From positions 496,001 to 560,000 of the forward strand of contig CAJFCJ010000008.1 of assembly GCA_904063045.1 (NCBI GenBank): a stretch of 64,000 nucleotides of DNA. The letters are read 5' to 3'. The notes beneath the pieces are model-generated. The model searched no databases. It was not told the DNA's origin and was given only the letters and a program-made list of their open reading frames with translations. A program made the position numbers and the translations under genes. The stretch's first letter is position 1, and the number at the start of each line of letters is the position of its first letter. Below, piece after piece: positions 13,980 to 26,174 of this stretch. Source of the DNA: Dimorphilus gyrociliatus. Lineage: Eukaryota > Animalia > Annelida.

Positions 13980-15722
13980 ATGAGCGAACAAACTTCATAT
14001 GTTGTTTATTTTTTACCCCAAAAAATTCAAAAACGAAGATATGAAGTTATGATTGCTTCCGCTAAGAAGAAAGGCCTTAATTTAGTGTCATCTTTTAGGT
14101 TTCGTGCATTACTTTATTTCCGTACAATTTTTCAATAATAATAACGATATTATTTTAAACAGTGATCGAGTAACCCACCTAGTTACCGACCTAGATAAAT
14201 GGGAAAATATTGAAAAAGCTCTTCAAGAAAAAAATACGAATAGAGATGTTACAGTTTTAAAATCAGAATGGCTAAGTCGATGTCTCAAAGAGGGGAAATT
14301 TAGTGACCCAATAAACAGCGAAGTTCTTCAAATCAGACCCGTAGCATTGGAATCTCAAGACTCCGGCAAGAAAGAAGCAATCGTTAAAGAATACGCTTGC
14401 ATGAGAAAAACACCTCTAAAGTCAAAAAACCCAGACATAGTGGTATGATTCTAAAGATATTGCGCAATAATGGATAAAAAGTTGTTTTTTTGCAGAGCGC
14501 TTTGGAAACTCTTTCTGAGAATGCTTTCTTTCACGATGACGAAGCGAGGAGATTAGCATTTCAAAAGGCGGCGGGAGTTATTAAGAGCTTAAATTTCAAA
14601 ATTAAAAATATTAATCAGGTTAAAGGTCTCCATGATGTTGGTAAACATTCTCTAGAAGTAATAAAGGATATCATCGAAGAGGGAAGTTCCATTGAGGTCG
14701 AAAATATTATAAACGATCCATGGTTTCACCAAATGAAAGCTTTTCAAAGTATATACGGGGTTGGACCATCGAAAGCCAAAAAGTGGATTGCCCAAAATGT
14801 GTTTACGATAGACGACCTAATTGAGAGAACAGACTTGCATTCTTCATTTGATCATAGAATGGAATTGGGAATATCTTTTTACAAAGATCTAAACACTCAA
14901 GTAACAAAGCAGCATGCTTTAGCTATTAAGAATTTGATACAACAACATCTTGAAGAGATACTTCCTGGATGTATTCTTGTTCTAGCAGGAGGTTTCCGCA
15001 GAGGTAAAGCCAGCGGTCACGATGCGGATATTCTATTAACACATCCCATAGAGGGCAAAGAAATCGGTTTACTTCCTAAATTATTAAATCTACTCAGTGA
15101 TTCCGGATTGGTGCTACACGGAACTATGGAAACGGGACACAACAATCCTCAAACAATTATGAAAGATAAGGGAAAGCCATTAGCTTCGAATGTTGATCAT
15201 TTTGACAAATGGATAGGAATTATGAAGATAGATAAAAATCTGAAGGATTTAGACTCTTCTGATAATGAAAATGATCTTATACAACTGGAACAAAACTCTT
15301 TAACGGAAACCAGTATAGAAACGAAAAAAGGGAGGCTATCTAAAAAGCGATCCTTTGTACAGACCTTAGATAACAACGAAGATTTTGCTAGAGATACAAA
15401 GAAAAAATTGGCTAGTAATTCTAAAATGTCATTCGAACAACTTTTAGCCTTATCGTCTAAAGATAAGCAGTGGGTTGCTAGAAGAGTTGATATCATTGTA
15501 GTTCCCGTTAGTCAATTCTTCTATGCTTTAGTGGGATGGACAGGGAATAAATGGTTCAATAGGTCACTAAGACTGTATTCGCAAAGAGTTTTAGGTTTAA
15601 AATTAACAAGTCATGGTCTATTTGATCTAAATAGGGGAACTTCTCTTCCAGCCAATAGCGAACATCAAGTATTCGACAATTTAAAATTGGAATACATAGA
15701 ACCAACTGATAGAAACTGCTAA
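13980..15722 (+). CDS. POLM: X-family DNA polymerase of the Pol mu/TdT subfamily with an N-terminal BRCT domain, 541 aa
   Basis: Exons 13980-14098, 14163-14442 and 14496-15722 total 1626 nt. BRCT: SDRVTHLV...VLKSEWLSRCLKEGK. Catalytic motifs: GGFRRGKASGHDADILLTHP, WVARRVDII and ALVGWTG. Pol mu versus TdT orthology cannot be resolved by eye. Confidence 0.88.
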
Positions 15723-16110
15723 TTACTATAGACTACTTTGTTTTATATTAATAAGATAATAAATAACAAATGTGCATCCTTTCCATTAATTAAAACTGAA
15801 TTACAACACAAAGTATCTTATTTTTTATTACTATCACGAAAATGCCTGATTTTATACAAAAGATATTTCCGGCTTTCCTTATCTTCCTAATTTGTTCATC
15901 TTAAATTTATGATTAAAAGAATTTCATCTATCGGATACTTTAGTTTCATTTCATATAACTTTGTAGGCCTGTTATCTCTTTCAATACTAAAGTATCAAAA
16001 ATTAGTGTTAAGTCGTTAGGTTTTGGCCTTTTATGTTAGGCCAATAAGACCCTAGTATTTTATACATTTGCTCCGCCGTGAAAGGTACAAATCTATTTGC
16101 TCTAGTAGCC

Positions 16111-17047
16111 ATGTCGGACGCCATTTTCTCTTTGGGTAATCCTGTCTTTGCCGGATTTGCATTTCATTCGGTAGCATGTTTATCAAAAACTGTAATTTTG
16201 GGACCCTTGACTACTATGAAAAGATTCGCTACTATGGTAAGTTTAATATGCAATTAGCAGAGATTTGTTCTTTAGTTACTCCTAAGGCTTTTGAACTATA
16301 TAGACCAATTAAAGATTTTATAACCAAACTTATAGCCCTAGAATAGTCGTTCTGTAAAGCTTTGAATGTTTTCCAGCGGGTTTCTTTAGCATAAATTTAC
16401 CATAATTCCAAAGTACTAATGAAACTTTTAGCTGGAAAATAGTTGAGAATGTAGTATGTGGGAACAAGCAAAAAGTGCTTGGTCATTTGGTCGTATAAAG
16501 AAATAGTATATCATTGAAGTTAAAAATAGTTCTATTCACACTTTGTATACAACTTAATCTATAAATCATAAGAGACAATCATACACCAAATACAAGATAG
16601 GAAATGCTACACTAATCGAATTCTATTAGACTTTTAGTAACGAAGAAGATAAAGTCGTAGTTCGCGCTATTGGTCAAAGTCCGAAGGATGCTAAAGTTGA
16701 CTTTAGAAATGACAGCGTTGAAAGACTACGAAGGTAACAAAAGAAAAGAAGCGTGAATTTTGATTGTCAATCAAAATAAAATATTTTTCTCTTACAGAAA
16801 CCACTTGAACGATATGGAAAATGTTTATCCATTTGTTCTTACTGGATTCTTTTATGTGATGACTAGACCAAGTCTAGATTCAGCTTTACTCCATTTCAGG
16901 ATCTTTACCATAAGCCGATTTGTGCATATGCTTGCTTATCAATTTGCACTTCCTCAGCCTCTTAGAGCAACGGCTTTCTCAGTTGGTGTTGGAATAATCT
17001 TTTCTATGGCATACAAGGTGCTGTCCACCGCTTGCTCTGCTTTATAG
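16111..17047 (+). CDS. MGST1: Microsomal glutathione S-transferase 1 (MAPEG family), 159 aa
   Basis: Exons 16111-16236, 16630-16733 and 16798-17047. Motifs DSVERLRRNHLNDMENVYPF and ALLHFRIFTISRFVH. Confidence 0.9.
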
Positions 17048-17662
17048 AATGTATTCAAATACTAAATTTAAAGCGACTATTTTGCAATAAAATTTGTGAA
17101 ACATTTCAAACATTCATTTTAAATAACACAATTACTGTTACATACATTCTTGTCCAACGGCACTTTACTTTGAGATCTTTATACAATTAGTTTCAGAGAC
17201 AGCTCTCTACCAGTCAGCTTACATATTACATTTTCAGTCTGTTGATACTGTTATCATATTATACGGTCTACACTCTACTTAATCACCTATAAAAAGAGCA
17301 TTGCAAATACAGTTAATTATTTGAACTTTCTTCGAAAAATAATAATGCAATTTTCTCAAAGAACGTTGCTTTGTAAAGTGGAGATAAAATATTAATCTTT
17401 TCCTACTCGTAAGAACGACCTATCTCTTCAAAAACCGAATAACTTAATAATCCACTTCAGGTAATTTGGATATTTGATTCTTGTCTAGAATGACGGTTAA
17501 AATGATATTTTAATTATAATTTATTTAAATTTAAAAGATAATTAATTTGCATATTCATTAGGATTCCTAATCTTATAGTTTACAAGTTCCTTATTCTGTA
17601 AAAGCGACATATTTCTATATTGATAATAGTTTAATGATATACTTAAACAAAAGAATTATAAA

Positions 17663-18217
17663 ATGACACAAAATAGCCAATCGTTAGATACAAAAGAGCT
17701 CATCAATATGATAAAATCCCTTCTTAAAGAATCAAGGGATAAAGGATTTGATAATGCGGTTAAAGATACTTTTACTGATTTGCGAAAAGCTCCGTTTGTA
17801 CTAAATCTTGAAGATTGGAAAAGACGAAGTGCATTCGACCTATCGCAGAGCTTTAGACATGCAGTCACCGAGAATAGTGTATTGAAAAGTCGCGATTCGA
17901 CAGAAAAGGCAATGGCGACAACTATAGCATTACTTTCCATCATATTACTTTTTTTATTAGGAATGTCTTTACTTGTTCGCTGGTCTTACTATTTCAAACT
18001 ATCCTATAAACATAAGAGTGCAGGAAGAGTATCAAATTTAACGCATCTGCCTGATTATGCTAGTAAAGAAACTGATCAAAATATCCAATCTACGCTCTAT
18101 CCTTTTCAAATGAGCCGAAGAAGAAAACGTTTATATAAACGAAGTAATTCTGATCGTAATAACGATCATGATAGATTAAACAATCATGGAAATTATTATC
18201 AAACCAGTTCAGATTGA
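17663..18217 (+). CDS. Orphan single-pass membrane protein, 184 aa
   Basis: Single-exon ORF with AAAATG start context and one hydrophobic stretch (TTIALLSIILLFLLGMSLLVRWSYY). No family recognised. Confidence 0.5.
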   Translation: MTQNSQSLDTKELINMIKSLLKESRDKGFDNAVKDTFTDLRKAPFVLNLEDWKRRSAFDLSQSFRHAVTENSVLKSRDSTEKAMATTIALLSIILLFLLGMSLLVRWSYYFKLSYKHKSAGRVSNLTHLPDYASKETDQNIQSTLYPFQMSRRRKRLYKRSNSDRNNDHDRLNNHGNYYQTSSD

Positions 18218-18270
18218 ACATTTATTCATCACTAACAATTGTATTGATTGTTTTTCCTGTTTCTTAACTT

Positions 18271-20256
18271 TTAACGACAGATCTTTATCACAACGCTTAT
18301 ACCAACTACACTGGCGATAATCGTAAAATATTTAAAGATATCTCTCTTTGGATTCTTAAGATTTCGCAATTTTTTTGTATCAATCTTATCCGCTTCCTCA
18401 AAATATTTAAGCTTTTTTGGACCGCCACATATCTAATAGGAAAACATTATGCTTTATATGAATACAATAAATAGAATTATTAAAATAACCTCAGCTACAT
18501 GTTCATCAATACTTTTCAAACTATTTGTGACTCTAACGGCTTGCTCCTGAGCTTTTGTTAGTAGTTTGTGCATATCTTCTGGGGTAAGAGCTCCCTTCTA
18601 GGAAAAAAATATACATATATAGTCAATCGTTTATATATAGAAGAGGTTTACCGGAGTATAAAGAAAGTTATCTCTATTTTTCATCACTTGTTCGTCAACA
18701 TATTTCAGTGTTTGAACAATATATCCAGTATGATTTTTAATATTACCTACTATATTCTCTAAATCTAAAAAACTAAGAGATTCATTAAACTTCACAGCAG
18801 GTAAGGAAGAAGATTTCCATGGAGATTTATTTATTTCTCTAATGAGATTTAATATCTTCTTTCTCTTCCCAAGCTCATCAATATTCATCTTCTCTAAATC
18901 GTTTTCATTCAAACCCAAGAAAATTTCAAAAGTTATTGAATGCTTTTGAAACTTTTCGGCGACATCAGGAAGACCAGAACCGTGAAGAAACATGTCTAGT
19001 TCGCTAAATGAGTATTTCCTGACGACGAGATGGTTAAGTTTTATTATTTTACTTTATAAATTTATAATGATAAAAATATAACGAATATTTAAATAGAAAG
19101 TATTTTATCTTACGCATCGCCAACATAACCGAAATCTTCATAGTCATTGTTATTAATTTTCTTAAGTTCTTCCTCTTCTTTTGAAATATCATCTAAGATT
19201 TCTTTAGCAGTCTTTGTCTCACAAAATTTATCAATAAGAGTCGCTAACTGAAAAAGAGATTGTCTTTTATGAAATAAACTGATTCATCTGTTAAAAAAGT
19301 ATACTTTTAAATAGTTTTGTTCGATAGAAACATCAACCGCTGTTCCTCTTTTACTTCGTATCTTTTTATCAGCTCCTCTGTCTAATAAAAGACCAGCGAC
19401 CTCCATCCTTCCTTGCTCAGCTGCCCATATTAGAGCTGTATAGCCCTTGTCATCTTGAGAGTTAATTTCTGCTCCATTGTTAAGAAGTAAATCTACTACT
19501 TTACAGTAGTTATTTCGAGCAGCGTACATTAGCGGTGAAATATGGCGGCGATTAATAGCTTTAACATCAGCTCCATTTTGTATAAGAATTTTGACTACGT
19601 TTAAGATTCTTTCTTCTGTTTTTACGCAATAACACGCAACTATCAAGGCTGTTTCCCTATCTGAAAAGCTTAATAAACTTCAATCGCTGTTATAATTCAA
19701 CGCAAGATCAAACTTACCACAATGATAATTGGCGTCTGCTCCCTTATTCAATAAATATGAAACAATCTCGTCATTTCCTGAATTTGCTGCATACATGAGT
19801 GGTGACCACTTTGAAGAGAACACCGAATTAACATTGCATCCTTTCAAAAAAAAATTAATTACATAGTAATACAATTACTTTTCTTGCGCAATGACATCCT
19901 ACCTTTTTCGATTATATCCTTAACATCAGAAAGATTAGAACGAAAGATAGCAACCTTTAATTCTTCAAGTGAGTTACGACTAGTTTCTTTTCTTTCCTTT
20001 TCAGGAACTTTAATTTTCTGCCTGGGTTTCGTCTTTTCCGATAAACTGTTGTCACATGGTCATTGCATAAACACTTTACAAAATCCCTTTAAAGTTTTTT
20101 GTTTAACCTTTTTTTTACATTTAACTCGGGAAGATTGCGCCTTATTGTTGTTTTCTTTTTAGTTGGGGAAGCACTGGGTGGAAATGAAAATCCATCCTCT
20201 TCTAAACTTGAAAACTCGTCAGATTCGTCACTGAATTGCATCGCGCGAAACTCCAT
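18271..20256 (-). CDS. ASZ1: Ankyrin repeat, SAM and coiled-coil protein (GASZ, piRNA pathway) with a C-terminal membrane anchor
   Basis: Acidic N-terminus (SDESDEFSSLEEDG); ankyrin repeats (WSPLMYAAN, ISPLMYAA, GYTALIWAA); SAM domain (FLHGSGL...LGKRKKILNLI); last exon encodes the hydrophobic tail YFTIIASVVGISVVIKICR before the stop at 18271-18273. Some internal junctions were only approximated. Confidence 0.85.
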
Positions 20257-20365
20257 ACTTAAAATTTAAGCGAAATGTATATTCGTATTTTCGTATATTT
20301 TTACGAAACTAACCGAAGAGTGGTTTGTAACCTTGACCTTTCAATGACAAAATAAATTCGTTAAA

Positions 20366-20844
20366 ATGTCAAAATATCTCGAAAAGCTTCGTAATTGTCG
20401 TCTTGCTATCAAACAGAATGGAGGTATCATAGGAGCCTATTTACAACTCTTTCGGTAAGTAAATATTGCTGGTCATTAAGTCAAAATTGCAATTGTATTT
20501 TGCTGTTGTCTAGAACTGACGAATTGAAATATGGAAATCATATTGGAACAGACAAATATGGGAATAAATATTATGAAAATAAATCCTACTTTGTGGCTAG
20601 AAGTAGATGGATAGATTATGCTCCTAAATATGGTTATGATTTTGATGGCAGTCAAGTACCGGCTGATTGGCATCGATGGTTACATTATATGACCGATGAT
20701 CCTCCAACTAAAGTGAAGCCTTGTCCAGATAGAGAATGGATGACTGATCATGAAGAAAATTTATCTGGAACGACCGGCCAATATGTACCATACAGCACTG
20801 TTACACCTAAAATTCACAGTTGGAACCCTCCTAAAAACAACTAA
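20366..20844 (+). CDS. NDUFA12: NADH dehydrogenase 1 alpha subcomplex subunit 12, 139 aa
   Basis: Exons 20366-20454 and 20514-20844. Motifs GTDKYGNKYYEN and SQVPADWHRWLHYMTDDPP. Confidence 0.95.
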
Positions 20845-21544
20845 TTTGTTTTTTAAATAAATATATGGTAAATAGACAATAATTCACTCTTAAAAAGTTT
20901 TTCCAACTCTCGTCAATATTAATCAAATTGATAGTTTTTGTCGTACGATTTCTCCCATGAATTTCAGTAGAACAATTGTTTTTTCCCAAAATTTAGAACG
21001 TTAAAATTTTCCAACTCAAAAAAATTAATTATACTAAAAACGTTTCTTTTATCTAATTAAAAGTAATATCTAAAAGATTATATAAATTACAAAACAAATC
21101 ATTCAATAATTTTATACTTTTGTTTTTAAGCGATAAATAACAAAAACTTAAATAAAAAAAATATTTATTTTCCTATGGGAAAATCATGATGAACTTCCGG
21201 TATATCTATCAACAAATTACAACAGTCACTGACTTAAGAAAAGAGGAATTAAGTATATAAATCATTATTAACTGAGCTATTTTCTTTCATTAGAGATAAA
21301 TCCCATGATAAATACTGTTACTGTTATTAAAATCCTAAAAAGTGACGAAGGAAAATGTAAAAAGTTGATTCTATTTACATATAATTTTCCGAGTGCGCAG
21401 AATACATAAAATAAGCAATTTGAGCACCTTTCCTTTTTATTGTATAATGTAACATAATCTTGAAAATAATTTTCAAAAATGTTCAAAAAAGAATTTCGAT
21501 ACTCTTCTATACCACAGGTGAAATATGATGATTAGATGAAACTT

Positions 21545-24500
21545 CTATAAAGTTGGTAAGTTACCAGTCCCACCGGCAAGGTCATAAGTACTCTTAGCAA
21601 CTGCTAAAGCTAACTGGTCAGCATTTTCTTGAGTATCCGATTCAGCATAAATTCTGACTACATCCTCAGTACCCGAGGGTCTGTTGTACAGAAGAAAAAT
21701 AACAATATAAAATTAAATACAGCATGAGCATCAATTTTCAAAACTAAGTTAGAAGTTTTCTACTCACCTGACAAACGATCGTCCATTTGGGAATAGCTTA
21801 ACATGGTCATCTATAGCCTTTTGAAGTCCCGTTGGCTTTATAACAGTCCTTTCAGCATTCGTAGTCTCAAATACGCTTCTATCATTAACTTTTACAACTA
21901 ATAACCTATTTGCTAAATTTCTATATGATTTATCCCAATCAGCAACATCCCAATCCTTATCTCTAAGAATAGTCTCAACAATTAACATATCCGATATAGA
22001 ATCCCCAACCGTCTATAGAATAAAATTTGCAATTAATCTTTCAATAGTTTTCGTTGAATATTTTAGAAATAAATTTGCAGAGTGAGCACAAAAAAAAAGA
22101 AAATGCCACTTAAAGTTAGGGAAATCCCCAATTTTTTATAGCTCTTCTGCGGATTTCCAGGAATAATTAAACTATGTGCAAACCTGATTAACTAGGTCAA
22201 CAAAGGTTCTTAATTCATTAGCCGAGAGTTTTTCACTTTCATTTGAACTGGAATGAATAAAAAAAAAGAATTATCAGCTTTACATCACTCTGAAATGAAT
22301 GGATTGTACCTTGAACTACAAGAAGACTCTATTTTCGACAAGGCGCTATCACTGAACAGAATCTGAGGTTTAATAAGAAACATGTCAAGGAAAAAAAAAC
22401 AAGTGCTTGATTTATACACTTACTGTTCCGTGCCCATTCGCCTCAAAATATACGCCTATCTCAAATTCTAGAGCTTTTCTGTGAAGGTGTTTTACCCCTG
22501 TACAAACGCAGGCAACGGGAACTTTCTAAAAGAAAACACTTTCTTACGCAAATATTATAGTTGGGCGTGTCGTAACTCACCAGTTCATCTTGTATGTAGG
22601 CAGTTGAGTTACCGTTGGCATATGCAGTTTGTACTATACCAAGGTTTAATTCCAATCCGCATTTTCGAATCAAACCTATCAAATAACTTGCTATTAAGGT
22701 AGCAACTTTATCACCGTCCAATAAATGAAAAATATTATCTGTTATTTAAAATAGATACGTATACAATAAATATCAATTTATTACTTTATTTTATCCTCTC
22801 AACCTTTATCTGTGTAGTAGAAAACTATTCTATCAGCATCTCCGTCGAAGCTGGCATATTTTTGTCCCTCTATGCAATCTATCCCTGAATACGTAAAAAA
22901 AAAAGAATACTAACGTAATTACCTTTCGAAACCGTATCTAATTAAGAATTTGGAGGATGCGCAAGATTATTCAACATACCTTCCGGACCTCTTTGGTTAA
23001 CTTTAACATAGTCGGCTCCGCACTGTTTTAAAAAATAGGGAGAAAATTAAAGATTGACATCGGCTATGGAATTTTTTATGGAAATGATTACTCTGTAATT
23101 TAATTTTCCCTCTCCAGCATTCCGAATTTCTATAGATAAAATTTTGTCGAATCTTTCAGCGATATCTTTCAAGCGTTTGGCCCCAACTCCATTTGCGCAA
23201 TCAACAATGATATGAGGTTTATACACTTTTCTCTCACCTTGCTAGAGAGAAATAGCCGATTAGACCATACATTCTATATTGTAAGATTGCTATAAAAATT
23301 ATATTCCGAAGGCCTATAATAACCGAACTTTAAAGAGCTTATAGTTACTTATAAATTTTTGTAGGCTTTTCAACAAGGGGTAAATTGATAAAACAGTTGA
23401 ATTATAGTCCGTTCGGAAAATTACACTTACATTTTGCCAAATATTCTTTAGAGCTTTGCTTAATTTATTACAATATCCTTCAATCGTTGCCATTCCATAG
23501 GCGTTTCTTGTGTTGATGCATCGAACCATATAATGTAATTGGGGAGTAGTAATTGTACCTATACAGCAAAAGGAATAAGTTGAAATGTTCTACTGAAAGA
23601 TGCAAAAACCAAACAACATAAAATATTTAAGTAAAAACAAAAAAACAAATCCTTTTTACTTAAACATTATCATTATGTTTATACTTAAATAGTTTGAAAA
23701 CAATACAAAAACTGTTATAGTTTATTTAGTTGTAGAATTTAAGTTTTACTTAAATAAACAGAGAAATAAATAGAAAAAACAACAAAATGAAATGAAAATA
23801 AGCCATCAAGGACCGGCACTTAACTTAACAACTTTAGAGTGGTAAATGGTAAAAGAATTGACTTATTCACCTATCAAACGGTTCAAGTAAAAAGTTATTC
23901 TTTTTTTTTTCTTTCGAGTATTCTAATAAATTAACAAAAATAAATAGAAAACAAAAAAAAAAGAACAGCGATAAAGATATATTTTTGGAATAAAAATGCT
24001 AAAAATTTGTCAAGTGCTGTATTTTAATTAAGAAAATTATATAAACTAAGGAAAAATAATAGACATAATACAAAGAATAAAAAACAAAACTTAGGTATAA
24101 AAGCAATAAATTAAAAGTATTTTAAGTATCATAATCTTTTTATTACTTTTAGGAAAATGTCATCAACTTTAGATTTTCAAAGTTGACTATTAATGCATTT
24201 TATCAAAGGTATTTTTTTTCTACACAATAAAACTGTTCTATGATTAAAACGAAACCTAAACAAACGTGACAGATTTAATTTACAACTCATTAACATAACG
24301 TAGTTCACAGTCTGTTAGAAAATTCACACGTGAACACACGTTAGAACTGGACTAGAGGGAAAATATAGAGATCATTTAAAATGAAGTAGGACTTACCATA
24401 ATCAAAACAAAGCCCATCCACAGACTTTACGCCATCAACGACAGCAGTATTGAGGCCTGGGCTGCTAGCTCTGTAGGTATTGTATTGAAGATTATTATTA

Positions 24501-25480
24501 AAATAGATCACCTGTAGTAGAAAATTAAAATTGAATAGCTTTTTTTTACCTAGTATCCATTCCAATAGCTACAGATGATTTACAATTCATATCAATTTTA
24601 AAGGTTTCCACAATTTCACTTAAAACTACTTGAAATTCTTCATCACTATTACCCAAAAAAAGGGAAAACGATTAGATTATATAATATCTACTGATTTTAT
24701 GGATCCCAAAAACTTGGCCCATAGTTTTAAATTAAAATGATCTATTTTCTATATTTAATGTAACTGAATTGTCTATGTCTTTTCTTAAATGTTTATAGAA
24801 TAGAATTATTCAAATAGATGTTTTTTATCTTTCTACAGACCCTGCATTGGCTAGACAGGTTGCATGTTTTTCCCACGAACTTTCTAGCATCTCTCCCAAG
24901 GGATCTATCAACTTAACTCCATTATCCTCTTCCGGATTGTGGGAGGCAGTTATCATAACGCCAATAGTGTCTGGAAAATGTCAAAATTAATACACAGGCG
25001 AATAAGATTTCGGGTCAAATGTCTGCCTTTATTGACATGGAGGTTTATACCAGGTAAGAAGATCACAAGAAATAGCTTAATTAAGTTATTATCGTTGCAT
25101 TTATATTCTTACTATTATTAAAGTTTTTGACTTGACAAGTTAGGCCTACCTCCGTCCTTTGATTTCGATCTTAAAGCAGCCAATACGCCCATTCGATAAA
25201 GAATATGATCCAATTCTGTTGCCCTTTAAAAATTGCAGAAAATATTTAACCATGTGTTGATATATCGATCAATGCCAACAAATCACCAATAAATTGCAAA
25301 TCTTTTTTTGCAAACGAACTAAAAGTTGTTTGTCAGACTGGAAAGAATTAAGAGAATGAAAAATTTAAGCTTGAGGATATACCGTGATCTAAAGCCTGCT
25401 GTCCCATAGTTTAAGTGCTTAGATATGTTTCTAGGATGCTTTTCCTGACTAATTCTTGTAACTGTCGTCAAATTCGCCAT
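21545..25480 (-). CDS. PGM3: Phosphoacetylglucosamine mutase
   Basis: Multi-exon gene. YGTAGFR at about 25390-25410; catalytic [17 protein letters not shown] at about 24900-24950; GMDTR; DGDADR metal loop near 22830-22850; YFEANGHG; C-terminal YDLAGGTG. Confidence 0.93.
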
Positions 25481-25947
25481 TTTGTGCTGTTTTCGGTTTA
25501 GTGTAGAGTGGCTAGTATTCCATTTTTATGTCACGTAATGAGGTAGGGACCTCCTTAACGTTGAACGCTGTGCCCCCTCATCCCGCGCGAATCTTCAATA
25601 CGTTATATGGGAATCTGAGAAAAATCTTTTCTGATCTAACTTTTAAACAAATGATTAAATCTTCAAAGAATTCATTGAACACAAAACAATTTATAGGTAA
25701 CTTTTCATATATAAGGGTAAAAGCTGAAACTCTATTTGCATATTTGAAAAAGGGTCAACTCGATTTTTTTTTTTTATCTGCCTCTCATCAAACTGCTTGG
25801 CCAACAGCCAAAAAAGAACCGTTTCATTCGTAATTTAATATAGGCCATTAGCAAGAGTTAGTAATTCACGTGAAGCAGAATATTCCTATCTTTTCAAAGT
25901 ATTTCTCCGAGAAAGAGAAATCCTTTTTCTTCTAAAAATGGAAGCTC

Positions 25948-25963
25948 CTGCTAGAGGGCGCCA
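25948..25963 (+). promoter_or_regulatory. CTCF-like motif between PGM3 and HSPA12
   Basis: CTGCTAGAGGGCGCCA matches the CTCF core CCAC(C/T)AG(A/G)(G/T)GGC(A/G)C. Confidence 0.5.
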
Positions 25964-26174
25964 GCAAAGGACCTCCGTATCAGATGGTGTCAGCTGCACG
26001 CGGCAGACACCGACACCGACCAAACTGATTCCGTTTGTTTTTACAAAATCTAACATTTTTCCCTCAGCCGAATCAGCATCTTTAGAGAAGAAAAAAGAGA
26101 AACTCGTTGATTTAGGAATCCAACATATTTGGGACGATCTGAAAGAAAGCGGCGTCGATTGTTCGGATTGCAAA

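Noticed and set aside
25938-26174. 79-codon in-frame upstream extension of HSPA12
   Set aside because: It overlaps a CTCF-like motif and promoter-like sequence, so ATG 26175 is preferred. Not excluded; needs TSS data.
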